Source: Candidatus Brocadiia bacterium
GTDB taxonomy: Bacteria > Planctomycetota > Brocadiia > CAIUPP01
Assembly: GCA_050015075.1 (NCBI GenBank)
Contig: JBEKCB010000001.1
Span: 1-64,000, forward strand
Reading direction: 5' to 3'
Length of the DNA: 64,000 nucleotides
Positions within the stretch are counted from its first letter, which is position 1; every line of letters starts with the position of its first letter. A model generated the notes under the pieces. It worked only from the letters and a program-made list of their open reading frames with translations, was not told the origin of the DNA and searched no databases. Shown here one piece after another: positions 51,899 to 60,442 of the stretch. Position numbers and translations under genes: made by a program.

Positions 51899-52148
51899 AG
51901 CGCACGAAGTGCGGGAAGTCTCGTTCAGCGGCAACAAAATGCGGCTGTGGGTGGACGGGCGGAAATACGAGGTGGATATCTCGGAGCATTCCAAAAAGCT
52001 CGCGGCCGCTTCGCCTGAACAAAAGGGACATTTTGTAATTTCGCCCTCCGGTTATGGGCTTCACTGGCCGGAGTTGGATGAAGATCTTTCGATTGACGGC
52101 TTGATCGGCATAAGCCACATATGCCCCGTCGCGAAGACGGCCAGATGA
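51891..52148 (+). CDS. DUF2442-family putative antitoxin
   Basis: GYGLHWPELDEDLSIDGL motif and an 8-bp overlap with the DUF4160 gene. Confidence 0.85.
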   Translation: MDKAHEVREVSFSGNKMRLWVDGRKYEVDISEHSKKLAAASPEQKGHFVISPSGYGLHWPELDEDLSIDGLIGISHICPVAKTAR

Positions 52149-52221
52149 CCCGCCATGACGGAAGGCGATAGACCATAGACGATGGACGATGGTCCATGGG
52201 CTCCCGTCCATCGTCCATCGT

Positions 52222-53520
52222 CTATCGTCCATCGTCAGCCGTCCCGTACTGCGCCAGGACCAGCCGGATGGCGGTGTCGCCGTGGGAGAGGACGCGGATG
52301 CGCAGGCGCTCGATCATCAGCGCGGGCGCGGCGGAAAAGCCGTAGCAGAAATCCACGTAGCGGATCGCCTCGAGGATGTCCTCCAGGGTGGTCTGCGAAT
52401 CGCCGCGCGCGACCGTGCGCGCGCGGGCGTACCACATCACCGCGCCCGCCGAGAGCAGCAGGAACTCCAGCCCCGACCGCAGCGGATAGTCGAAGAAGAG
52501 CTTGCCGAAATGCTGCTTGCCGTAGAGCTTCGCGGCGAGGAACCGCGAGATGGCCATCTCGGCCTCGGCGTCGAGCGGCTGCGGGCTCAACGCGGCGACC
52601 TTCGCCAGCGGCGCCGGCCCGGGCATGGCGACCAGCGGCGGCGCGCCCGCGCCGAAGGTGAACTGCACGCCGGTCCAGAACGTCCGCAGCCGCGCGCCGA
52701 GCTTGCCGAACAGGTTCATCTCGCGGTACGATCCGCCCTGCCGGCGCTGGAACAGGAAACAGAACTGCCGGAACAGCATCCGCGAAAGCGCGTTCGCCGG
52801 GCCGGGCATCGGCTCGGTCTCGGCTTCGAGGAGCAGCCCGGTCTCGAGGATCCCGATGAACTCGCGGAACTTCGGCCCGCGCACGCGGGCGAGGTTCGCC
52901 TCGTGGAGCACGTCCACGAACTTCTGCGCCAGGAACAGCCGCCGCGCCAGCGGCAGGTCGTCGCGCAGGAAGACGCGGATCAGCGCCTCCTCCAGCGCCA
53001 GGTAATCCGCCCACGGCAGCCGGCGCCGCGCGTCCCAGGCGACCTGGTCGCCGTAGCGCGGCACGCGCCCGGCCTCGACGCAGAGCGCGAGCTGCTTCTG
53101 CAGGCAGTCCATCCGCCGCGCGAGCGGCTCGCCGAGCCCGTACGCCATCGCCTTGCAACTGAACCGGCAGCCGGTGTAGACGCCGCTGGGCGTCTCGGCG
53201 AACGTGAACGGATACACGGAGCAGCCGAGCGTCTTGCCGAACTCGCCGACGTGCTTGTGCATGCGGCACTTGTTCCCGTCGAGGAAGACGCAGGCGCCGT
53301 CGGCGGCATAGCGGAGGCGATACGCGTCGGGATTCCCGAACTCGCGCAGCGGCGCGGCCCATTCCTTGCCGGCGAGGGCGGGCTCGAGTTGGCCCCAGTC
53401 GAGCTTGGACAGGCGCTCGAAGTCGGCGCGCGAGAAGCTGATGTCGTACTGGTGGCAGCACCAGCCGCAGAGCTGGCAGGCGTAGTTGACGAACCCCGGC
53501 GCGTGAAGGCTGGCGGGCAC
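52222..53520 (-). CDS. YkgJ/FliB-like cysteine-cluster protein
   Basis: CQLCGWCC, CVFLDGNKCRMH and GCSVYPF. Confidence 0.82.
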   Translation of the reverse strand: MPASLHAPGFVNYACQLCGWCCHQYDISFSRADFERLSKLDWGQLEPALAGKEWAAPLREFGNPDAYRLRYAADGACVFLDGNKCRMHKHVGEFGKTLGCSVYPFTFAETPSGVYTGCRFSCKAMAYGLGEPLARRMDCLQKQLALCVEAGRVPRYGDQVAWDARRRLPWADYLALEEALIRVFLRDDLPLARRLFLAQKFVDVLHEANLARVRGPKFREFIGILETGLLLEAETEPMPGPANALSRMLFRQFCFLFQRRQGGSYREMNLFGKLGARLRTFWTGVQFTFGAGAPPLVAMPGPAPLAKVAALSPQPLDAEAEMAISRFLAAKLYGKQHFGKLFFDYPLRSGLEFLLLSAGAVMWYARARTVARGDSQTTLEDILEAIRYVDFCYGFSAAPALMIERLRIRVLSHGDTAIRLVLAQYGTADDGR

Positions 53521-53564
53521 GGAATGGCGTCCTTATCAATCAGCAGATTGGAGACAAGCCGCTC

Positions 53565-53613
53565 GCAGTGTGCCCGTCAGGGCATACGAATTAGCGCCCG
53601 ACGGCGCCACTAC
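53565..53613 (-). repeat. 49-bp GTAG-type REP-like element, copy 6
   Basis: Same sequence family as the 13485 element. Confidence 0.8.
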
Positions 53614-53644
53614 GAACCGCTCCGCGTTCTGTCTCCCGCACTCT

Positions 53645-54466
53645 CTATTCTGAATTCCGAACGTTCGGCTCGAACGACAGCTTGCGGCAGATTTTCTCCG
53701 CGCCCTTGAGGCCGGGCCTTATGCGGAAGGCGATCTCGAGATGGCGGCGGGCGCCTTCGGTGTCGCCGATGGCCAGGTGGCATTCGGCGACTTTTTTGTG
53801 GAGGAACGCTTTCCGCTGAGGCGTCAGTTCGAGGCCCAGCGCGCGCAGGTAGTATTGCGCCGCCGCGGCCGGCCCGCTGGTCGGCGCGGCGTCGCGGCAG
53901 CAGACGTGCAGGATCCGGTCGCGCAGCTCGTGCGCGAAGTACGAGAACCGGGTCCGCGCCGCCTCGGAATGGTAGAGATCCTCGTACAGCGCCAGCGCGC
54001 GCTCGAAATCGGAGCGCCGCTGGTACTCCTCGGCGAGGAGGAACTTGCAGTCCACCCAGTCGCGCAGCTCCAGGTGATGGCTCAGGTCGTAGCCGCTGTT
54101 GGCGCGGACGAGGCGCTCGTACAGCTCCATCGCCTGCGCGACGTTGCCGCCGAGCAGGTCGTAGAGGACGCGCTCGGCCTGCGCGCGGGGATGCTCGCCT
54201 TCGGGGCGCTGCTTGGGGCGGATGGAGGACTTGCGGCGCTCGCGCTCATGGAGGACGGCGTGACGGCGGTCGTACGCCTCGCGGAGGCCGGCGTGCGAGA
54301 GCACGCGGTGCGCCTCGATCAGGGACTTGATCTGCGCGGTGGCCCATTGCGTGCGGCCGGCGTTGCGGTCCGGGTGATACTTCTTCGCCAGCGCCCGGAA
54401 CGCCCGCTTGATCTCCTGCCGGGAAGCGTTCGACGGCACGCCAAGGGTTTTGTAGTGGTCGAGCAT
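53645..54466 (-). CDS. DnaJ-domain protein with a TPR-like C-terminus
   Basis: DHYKTLGV...KKYHPD J-domain followed by helical repeats. Confidence 0.88.
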   Translation of the reverse strand: MLDHYKTLGVPSNASRQEIKRAFRALAKKYHPDRNAGRTQWATAQIKSLIEAHRVLSHAGLREAYDRRHAVLHERERRKSSIRPKQRPEGEHPRAQAERVLYDLLGGNVAQAMELYERLVRANSGYDLSHHLELRDWVDCKFLLAEEYQRRSDFERALALYEDLYHSEAARTRFSYFAHELRDRILHVCCRDAAPTSGPAAAAQYYLRALGLELTPQRKAFLHKKVAECHLAIGDTEGARRHLEIAFRIRPGLKGAEKICRKLSFEPNVRNSE

Positions 54467-54618
54467 GGGTCAATAATGCCGATTGCCGACTTCCGAATGC
54501 CGAATGTGGGAAAGAGGTCGGGCTTCGCCCGTTCTAAGCGCGCTGCCGCGCGCATGAACCGGCCATTCTCTGCTCATTTCCATTTTTCCTTCAAATCCGG
54601 CATTCGGCAATTTCAGGG

Positions 54619-55245
54619 CTACTTCGCCGCAGGCGCCGCGGCCGGCGGTTGCGCGGCGGGCGGCTCGGCGGCGGGTTTCCGCTCGCCGGCGATGCCGCCG
54701 GAGAAGACGAAGGCCATGACGTCGGGCGTCGGCTTATCCACCGGCCGCACGCATTCCTTCGGGACGACGACCAGGTTGCCGCCGAAGTTGAATGCCGCCG
54801 GGATGTAAACGGCCACCTGGTCCTTCAGGCCCCAGCTCTCCATCGTCGCGCAGGTGACGAAGCCGACGAACTTGAGGTCGCTCTGCGGGATGGCGCTGAC
54901 GAGCACCGGCCGGTTGAACCGCTTCTTCTTGCCCACGAATGAGCCGAGCAGGTCTTTAAGCGACGAGTGGAACAGCTTGATCAGCGGGAACCGGTCGAAT
55001 TGCTGGTCGGCCAACTGCATCAGCGGGTGCGTGAGCAAGTTGGACGAGAGGAACCCGATGATCGTGAGCAGCGGTACGCCCACAATGAAAGCGATGACGA
55101 ACCCCACGCCGATCGTTTGCAGGTGGAACAGGCTCCGGACCGGCTCGTCAATCATGTTGAAGAGCCAGTAGAGGACCAGCATCGTGATCCACGCCGGCGC
55201 CGCAAACAGCAGTCCCTGAAAGAAATAGCGCGCTAACCGTCTCAT
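54619..55245 (-). CDS. DUF502 membrane protein
   Basis: YFFQGL, two TM segments, PLIKLFHSSLKD, VAVYIP and FVFSGG. Confidence 0.88.
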   Translation of the reverse strand: MRRLARYFFQGLLFAAPAWITMLVLYWLFNMIDEPVRSLFHLQTIGVGFVIAFIVGVPLLTIIGFLSSNLLTHPLMQLADQQFDRFPLIKLFHSSLKDLLGSFVGKKKRFNRPVLVSAIPQSDLKFVGFVTCATMESWGLKDQVAVYIPAAFNFGGNLVVVPKECVRPVDKPTPDVMAFVFSGGIAGERKPAAEPPAAQPPAAAPAAK

Positions 55246-55459
55246 CGGTCGTCTCCTTCGCTCCGGGCCATCGGAACCGTCTCTGCCATCCTAATCGGAA
55301 TATGTTTCAAAGACAACCGGAAAGCTATTGACAAGCGGCACGAAAAAAGCCTAGAATTGCTTCCCGAAACAATTTTTGATCGAGTTGATGACGGTGCAGG
55401 GTTATCGAACTGGGTTCGGCGTCGTCATTGGCAGATCTTTTTTTCGGAAGGAGCGCGCG

Positions 55460-55624
55460 ATGAGAAGGACGATCGTGGCATTAATGGTCGTGGCGGGAAT
55501 GACGATGGCGATGGCGATGGCGGGCTGCGGCCCGAGCGCCGACGAAAATGCCCCCAAGCATCCGGCCGGCATGCCCACAACCACACCGCAGCCTCCGGCC
55601 GAGAAGGCTCCAGCCCAGAAGTAA
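55460..55624 (+). CDS. Small lipoprotein
   Basis: AAGGAG RBS, signal peptide ending in the lipobox MAGC, and a Pro-rich tail. Candidate promoter TTGACA-N18-TAGAAT at 55328-55357. Confidence 0.65.
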   Translation: MRRTIVALMVVAGMTMAMAMAGCGPSADENAPKHPAGMPTTTPQPPAEKAPAQK

Positions 55625-55718
55625 TGCGGCCATCAAGTCGGCCCGCCTCGGTTTAATCCGAGGGAGCCGGTCGTATGCAATTCCGGCGCTCGCGCAATCG
55701 CAACGCGCGCAGTCCTGG

Positions 55719-55772
55719 TCCGCCTTTCCATCGCCCGCTGCACGGCGGGCGATGGAAGGCGGATTGCTTTTT
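55719..55772 (+). terminator. Intrinsic terminator-like hairpin
   Basis: TCCGCCTTTCCATCGCCCGC...GCGGGCGATGGAAGGCGGA followed by TTGCTTTTT. Confidence 0.7.
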
Positions 55773-55930
55773 AAGCGGCCGCCTGCGATGACGGCTTTGG
55801 GCAGCCTTCCGGAACGCCGCCTTCAAGCGCCGGGCTTGCAAAACTTCGTCGCAAGGTTACAATGATGCTGCGCTCCGAAGGCCGGCGCGGACAGCGAGAC
55901 GCGCACCTTCGAGTTCAAGGAGGGGAAATC

Positions 55931-56203
55931 ATGGGCGGGCACGTGCAATACATCGGCTGGACGGTGGTGATCGCGCTGGTGGGCGGCGTGGTGGGCATTG
56001 CGCTGGTGCTGGTTTCCTCGGCGTTTCTGCCGTGGTTCATCGGCCGCATGACGCCGGCGATGGACGAGGAGAAGGAGATCGCGCGCGGCAACGTCGCGGC
56101 GGCGGAGTACTTCGGCCGGGTGGTCGCCGCGAGCATTCTGGGCATGAGCGTGGTGGTGGCGGCGGCGATCCTCGGCGCCATCATCGCGGTGCTTTCCTCG
56201 TAA
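55931..56203 (+). CDS. Small two-TM membrane protein (DUF350-like)
   Basis: AGGAGG RBS and the MTPAMDEEKEIARGNVAAA motif between two TM helices. Ends 19 bp before the triple-Hint gene. Confidence 0.75.
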   Translation: MGGHVQYIGWTVVIALVGGVVGIALVLVSSAFLPWFIGRMTPAMDEEKEIARGNVAAAEYFGRVVAASILGMSVVVAAAILGAIIAVLSS

Positions 56204-56222
56204 CCGCCGAGGAGGCAAGCCG

Positions 56223-58856
56223 ATGACGGACTCCGGAACCGGAAAGAAGTTCGGGCGCGGCGTCATCGCGCTGATGCTGGCGCTCCTGGCGGCCGGCGCC
56301 GCGTTCGCGCGCGGCGGCGGCGGCTGCCTCGAAGAGGGCACGGCGGTCCTGACGCCGTCCGGCCCGGTCGCCGTCGAGCGCCTGGCGCCGGGCGACGAGG
56401 TCCTTTCCGTCTGCGGCGGCCGGTTGATCCGGGCGACGGTCGCGGCGCGCACGCAGGTTCAGCCGGAAGAATACATTGTCCTTCGCGTAGCCGGGCGAGT
56501 GCTGCGCGTGACGGCCGAGCATCCGCTGGCGGTTGCGCCCGGCACGTTCCGCGAGGCGTCTTATCTGCGCGCCGGCGACGCGCTGCTCCTGCGCGAGGGC
56601 GACTCCAGCCGCCGGACGCCGATCGAGGCGGTCGCGCGCGTCGAAGCCGGGCGGCCTGCCTACAATCTCCTGGTCACTCCCGGCGGCACTTATCTGGCCG
56701 ACGGCCTGATCGTCCATAACAAGGGCTGCTTCCTGCCGGATACGCCGATCCTCCGCGCCGACGGGAGCGAGACCGCCATCGCGGACGTGCGGCCGGGCGA
56801 GAAACTGCTGGCGTTCACTCCCGCGGGCGAGATCGTGACCGCCACGGTCGCCGCCGTGCTGGCGATCGAGGTGGACGAATATGCCGTAGTCACTACGGAC
56901 CGCGTCACGGTGCACGTCACGGTCGAACATCCGTTCTACGTCGGCGACGGGACGTTCAAGACGCTCGAGGCGCTGAAGGTCGGCGACTCGATTTTCGCCT
57001 GGGACGGCCTGGGCCTGAGCGCGCAGCCGATTCGCAGCATCGAGCGCGTCCAGAGTCGCACGCGCGTTTACAACCTTCAGACCGACGCTCCGCACACGTA
57101 CTTCGCCTCCGGCATCGCCGTGCACAACAAGGGCGGCGGTGGCGGCTGTTTTCCTGCGGGCACGCAGATCAGCACGCCGGGCGGCAGCGCGGCGATCGAG
57201 ACGCTTCGGCCGGGCGATATCGTCCTCTCCGTGGGGCCGGATCGGCGGACGGCGGATTCGCAGGTCGAGGCGGTCCAGACCGCCTCCACGCCGATCACGG
57301 TCGTCTCCACGACGGCGGGCGAGTTGAAGACCACCGCCGAACATCCGCTGATGACGGCCGACGGCTCTTTCCGGCCGGCCGGCGAGTTGCAGCCCGGCGA
57401 CCGGATCCGCGTTTTCCGCGCCGGGCGCGTCGAGTCCGCCTCGGTCATCGAATGCCGCTCGACCGGCGAGGCGTGCCCGGTGTTCAACCTGCGCGTCGGC
57501 GACCCGCACACGTTCATCGCCGACGGATTCGTGGTCCACAACAAAGGCGGCGGCGGTGGAGGCTTCGGCGGAGGCGGCGGGTTCCACGGCGGCGGGGACC
57601 TGGACGCGACGGGCGCCCTGTTCCTCTTCGGCTTTATCGCCCTCTTCATTTTGGTGTCTGTCGTAAGCCAGAAACTGAAGGCGCGCGACGAGAACCTGGA
57701 CTTTTCGTACAGCCCTTCCGCAAGTGCGAACAAGGCGGACAAGACCCGAAAGCTGCTGGAGTTCATCGCGAAGAGCGATCCCAAGTTCGCGCCGGACCTC
57801 CTGGCGGGCACGGCCCGGTCCACGTTCGTGCTGCTCCAGAAGTGCTGGCAGGCGCGCGATTATGGGCCGATGAAGCCGCTCTTGATGCCCGATCTGTACG
57901 CCGAGCACCTGGGGCAGATTCAGGGCATGATCCGCGACCACGAGATCAACGTCATCGAGGGACTGCTCGTCGACGGGGTGGACCTGGTGAACGTGCGCTA
58001 CCCGAACGACCCCAACGGGCGCGAGTTCACTGCGCTCATCAGCGCCACCGCGCAGGACTACTACATTGACGACCGGACGCACAGCTTCGTGCGCGGCGAC
58101 GAGGAGGCGGAGCCGTTCCAGGAGTTCTGGACGTTCCACCTCGTGGACGGGCATTGGCTGCTGCGCGAGATCGAGCAGACGAAGGAGTCCGACGCGCTCA
58201 AGACGGACAATTTCTTCGAGCCGTTCACCGATCACGGTGTCAACCAGGTCTATGCGGAAACGGCCGGCCGCGAAGGGCCGGTCGGGCCGTCGGTCGAGGC
58301 CGGCGAGGAATTGAAGGTCACGCGCGTCGAGCGGCTGCTGAACTATCTCGTCGAGAACGACAAGCTCTGGGACCGGCAGGCGATGTCGGAGCGGGCGCGC
58401 AAGGTCTTCCTCGAGGTCTGTCTCGCGCGCGAGGAAGGCGATCCGGAGCACGTCCCGTCGGCGGACCTGTTCCCCGAGATCGCCGCGCACCTGAAGGAGG
58501 AAATCCGCAGCCGCCAGGCGGAGGGCGCTTCCATCGAGTTCCGCAATCTCTGCGTGCGCAAGGTGGACCTGGTCCTGGTCCGCAATTACAGCGACAAGAC
58601 GCAGGACGAATTCACCACGCGGATCAGCGCGCACGCGCAACAAGTCGTGCGCCGCAGCGGCCAGGTCGTGAGCGAGCAGCCGTACGTCACGCCGTTCGAG
58701 CAATACTGGACGTTCGGCCGGCTGGACGATCAATGGAAGCTCAAGGAAGTGGAGCCGCCCGCGAAGGGCCTCGAGATGGTCGGACAGGAGAATGTGGACG
58801 AAGGCGTCCCCGCCGCGCAGCTCGAGTGGTACTACCAGCACCCGCGCGCGACTTAA
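56223..58856 (+). CDS. Exported/membrane protein with three tandem Hint (intein-like) domains, a TM helix and two Tim44-like domains
   Basis: Signal peptide ending AFA, three C...TxEHP...(Y/F)NL...VHN units, Gly-rich linkers and a TM helix. Two Tim44-like repeats follow (FTALISATAQDY...FQEFWTF..WLLREIE; FTTRISAHAQ...FEQYWTF..WKLKEVE). Confidence 0.9.
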   Translation: MTDSGTGKKFGRGVIALMLALLAAGAAFARGGGGCLEEGTAVLTPSGPVAVERLAPGDEVLSVCGGRLIRATVAARTQVQPEEYIVLRVAGRVLRVTAEHPLAVAPGTFREASYLRAGDALLLREGDSSRRTPIEAVARVEAGRPAYNLLVTPGGTYLADGLIVHNKGCFLPDTPILRADGSETAIADVRPGEKLLAFTPAGEIVTATVAAVLAIEVDEYAVVTTDRVTVHVTVEHPFYVGDGTFKTLEALKVGDSIFAWDGLGLSAQPIRSIERVQSRTRVYNLQTDAPHTYFASGIAVHNKGGGGGCFPAGTQISTPGGSAAIETLRPGDIVLSVGPDRRTADSQVEAVQTASTPITVVSTTAGELKTTAEHPLMTADGSFRPAGELQPGDRIRVFRAGRVESASVIECRSTGEACPVFNLRVGDPHTFIADGFVVHNKGGGGGGFGGGGGFHGGGDLDATGALFLFGFIALFILVSVVSQKLKARDENLDFSYSPSASANKADKTRKLLEFIAKSDPKFAPDLLAGTARSTFVLLQKCWQARDYGPMKPLLMPDLYAEHLGQIQGMIRDHEINVIEGLLVDGVDLVNVRYPNDPNGREFTALISATAQDYYIDDRTHSFVRGDEEAEPFQEFWTFHLVDGHWLLREIEQTKESDALKTDNFFEPFTDHGVNQVYAETAGREGPVGPSVEAGEELKVTRVERLLNYLVENDKLWDRQAMSERARKVFLEVCLAREEGDPEHVPSADLFPEIAAHLKEEIRSRQAEGASIEFRNLCVRKVDLVLVRNYSDKTQDEFTTRISAHAQQVVRRSGQVVSEQPYVTPFEQYWTFGRLDDQWKLKEVEPPAKGLEMVGQENVDEGVPAAQLEWYYQHPRAT
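56325..56720 (+). other. Hint/BIL domain 1 (aa 35-166)
   Basis: CLEEGTAV...VTAEHPL...AYNLLV...LIVHN. Confidence 0.9.
56727..57128 (+). other. Hint/BIL domain 2 (aa 169-302)
   Basis: CFLPDTPI...VTVEHPF...VYNLQT...IAVHN. Confidence 0.9.
57147..57542 (+). other. Hint/BIL domain 3 (aa 309-440)
   Basis: CFPAGTQI...TTAEHPL...VFNLRV...FVVHN. Confidence 0.9.
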
Positions 58857-58869
58857 CGGCCGTTATTGA

Positions 58870-59380
58870 ACCACCAAGGCGCCAAGGGGCAAAGAGACAA
58901 CGTCTTCCACCACGGAATACACGGAGCACACCGAATGACTTTCCCAAACGGCTTCAGTGTCTTCCGTGTACTCCGTGGTTGCAATATCAGTTGGCGTTCA
59001 AGACACCAAGGCGCATAGAGATAACGGCTTCCACCACGGAATACACGGAGCACACGGAATGACTTTCCTAAACAGCTTCAGTGTCTTCCGTGTACTCCGT
59101 GGTTGCAATATCAGTTGGCGTTCAAGACACCAAGGCGCATAGAGATAACGGCTTCCACCACGGAATACACGGAGCACACGGAATGACTTTCCTAAACAGC
59201 TTCAGTGTCTTCCGTGTATTCCGTGGTTGCAATATCAGTTGGCGTTCAAGACACCAAGGCGCATAGAGATAACGGCTTCCACCACGGAATACGCGGAGCA
59301 CACGGAATGACTTTCCTAAACAGCTTCAGTGTCTTCCGTGTATTCCGTGGTTGCAATATCAGTTGGCGCTCTTGGCGTCT
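58870..59380 (+). repeat. Four tandem copies (period 124 bp) of the CCACGGAATACACGG nested inverted-repeat element
   Basis: Units start at ~58893, 59017, 59141 and 59265. Copies 2-4 are nearly identical. Confidence 0.93.
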
Positions 59381-59418
59381 TGCAGGTGAATAAAAAACCA
59401 AATTTCGAAAGAGGTCCC

Positions 59419-60426
59419 ATGCCGATGACATCCCGCGAAATCATCAAGCGCCATCTTGAATTCGCCGGCCCCGACCGGATCGGCCTCAACTTCACCGACG
59501 GCCGGGCCGACGATTTCTGCGAGGTCTGGCTCGGTCCGTCTCCGGTCTGGCGCGAGCGCCGATGGACGGAGGGCCGGCAGGAGTTCTACACCGATGAGTG
59601 GGGCAACACCTGGTTCCGCATGGCGGGCATGGGCCGCGGCGGCGAAATTTATCAGCCCGCGCTGACGGAGTGGGACCAACTGAAGGACTATCGCCTGCCG
59701 GACATGGCCGCGCCGGAACGGTACTCCACGGCGCGCCGGAAATTCGCGGCCGAGAAGGAGCGCTATCGGCTCGGCGGGCTGCCCGGGTTCCCGTTCGCGA
59801 TCTGCCGCTACCTGCGGAAGATGGAGAACTATTTCAAGGACCTTCTGCTGGAGCGCGAGCGCGTGGACGAGCTGCACGACCGCGTGGCGGCGCTGCTCGA
59901 GAACGTGATCGCGCAATACGCGCAGGCCGGGGCGGACGGCGTTATCTTCTGCGAGGACTGGGGCACACAGGAGCGGCTGCTGGTCAGCCCTGCGATGTGG
60001 CGCGAGATCTTCAAGCCGCTGTTCCGGCGCCTGTGCGCCGCCGCCCACGCGCGCGGCCTGCACGTGCTCATGCACTCGTGCGGTAACGTGCGCGACATCC
60101 TCGGCGACCTGGCCGAGGCCGGCGTGAACTGCATGCAGTTCGACCAGCCGGCGCTCTATGGGCTCGAACCGCTCGCGGCGCGGCTCCAGGCCGTGAAGCT
60201 CTGCCTCTTCTCGCCGGTGGACATCCAGCAGGTGCTGCCGAGCGGCGACCGGGCGCGGATCGTCGCCGAGGCGCGGCGCATGGCGGAGCTTTTCAACGGC
60301 CGGCGCGGCGGGTTCATCGCCAGGAATTACGCCGACCTCAAGGGCATCGGCGTCCAGCCGGAATGGGACGGCTGGGCGTACGAGACGTTCCTCGAATGCG
60401 CGGGCGGGAAACTCGCGAAGGCTTGA
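59419..60426 (+). CDS. Uroporphyrinogen decarboxylase-fold protein (MtaA/CmuA-like)
   Basis: TDEWG, EDWGTQ, MWREIFKP, HSCG and VDIQQVLP. Confidence 0.85.
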   Translation: MPMTSREIIKRHLEFAGPDRIGLNFTDGRADDFCEVWLGPSPVWRERRWTEGRQEFYTDEWGNTWFRMAGMGRGGEIYQPALTEWDQLKDYRLPDMAAPERYSTARRKFAAEKERYRLGGLPGFPFAICRYLRKMENYFKDLLLERERVDELHDRVAALLENVIAQYAQAGADGVIFCEDWGTQERLLVSPAMWREIFKPLFRRLCAAAHARGLHVLMHSCGNVRDILGDLAEAGVNCMQFDQPALYGLEPLAARLQAVKLCLFSPVDIQQVLPSGDRARIVAEARRMAELFNGRRGGFIARNYADLKGIGVQPEWDGWAYETFLECAGGKLAKA

Positions 60427-60442
60427 CCGGCCGCCCGATTCG

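Noticed and set aside
55625-55860. Possible riboswitch or ncRNA upstream of the DUF350/Hint operon
   Set aside because: Only a terminator-like hairpin is evident, and I recognised no aptamer consensus. An Rfam scan would settle it.
56325-57542. Classical mobile inteins or a polymorphic toxin
   Set aside because: There is no homing endonuclease, the +1 residue is Lys rather than Cys/Ser/Thr, and no toxin domain or immunity gene follows.
58870-59380. Possible CRISPR array or repeated 61-aa ORFs (MSSVYSVVAISVG...)
   Set aside because: Whole units are near-identical with no unique spacers. The ORFs are by-products of the repeat, which also falsely extends the 59329 and 17012 ORFs.
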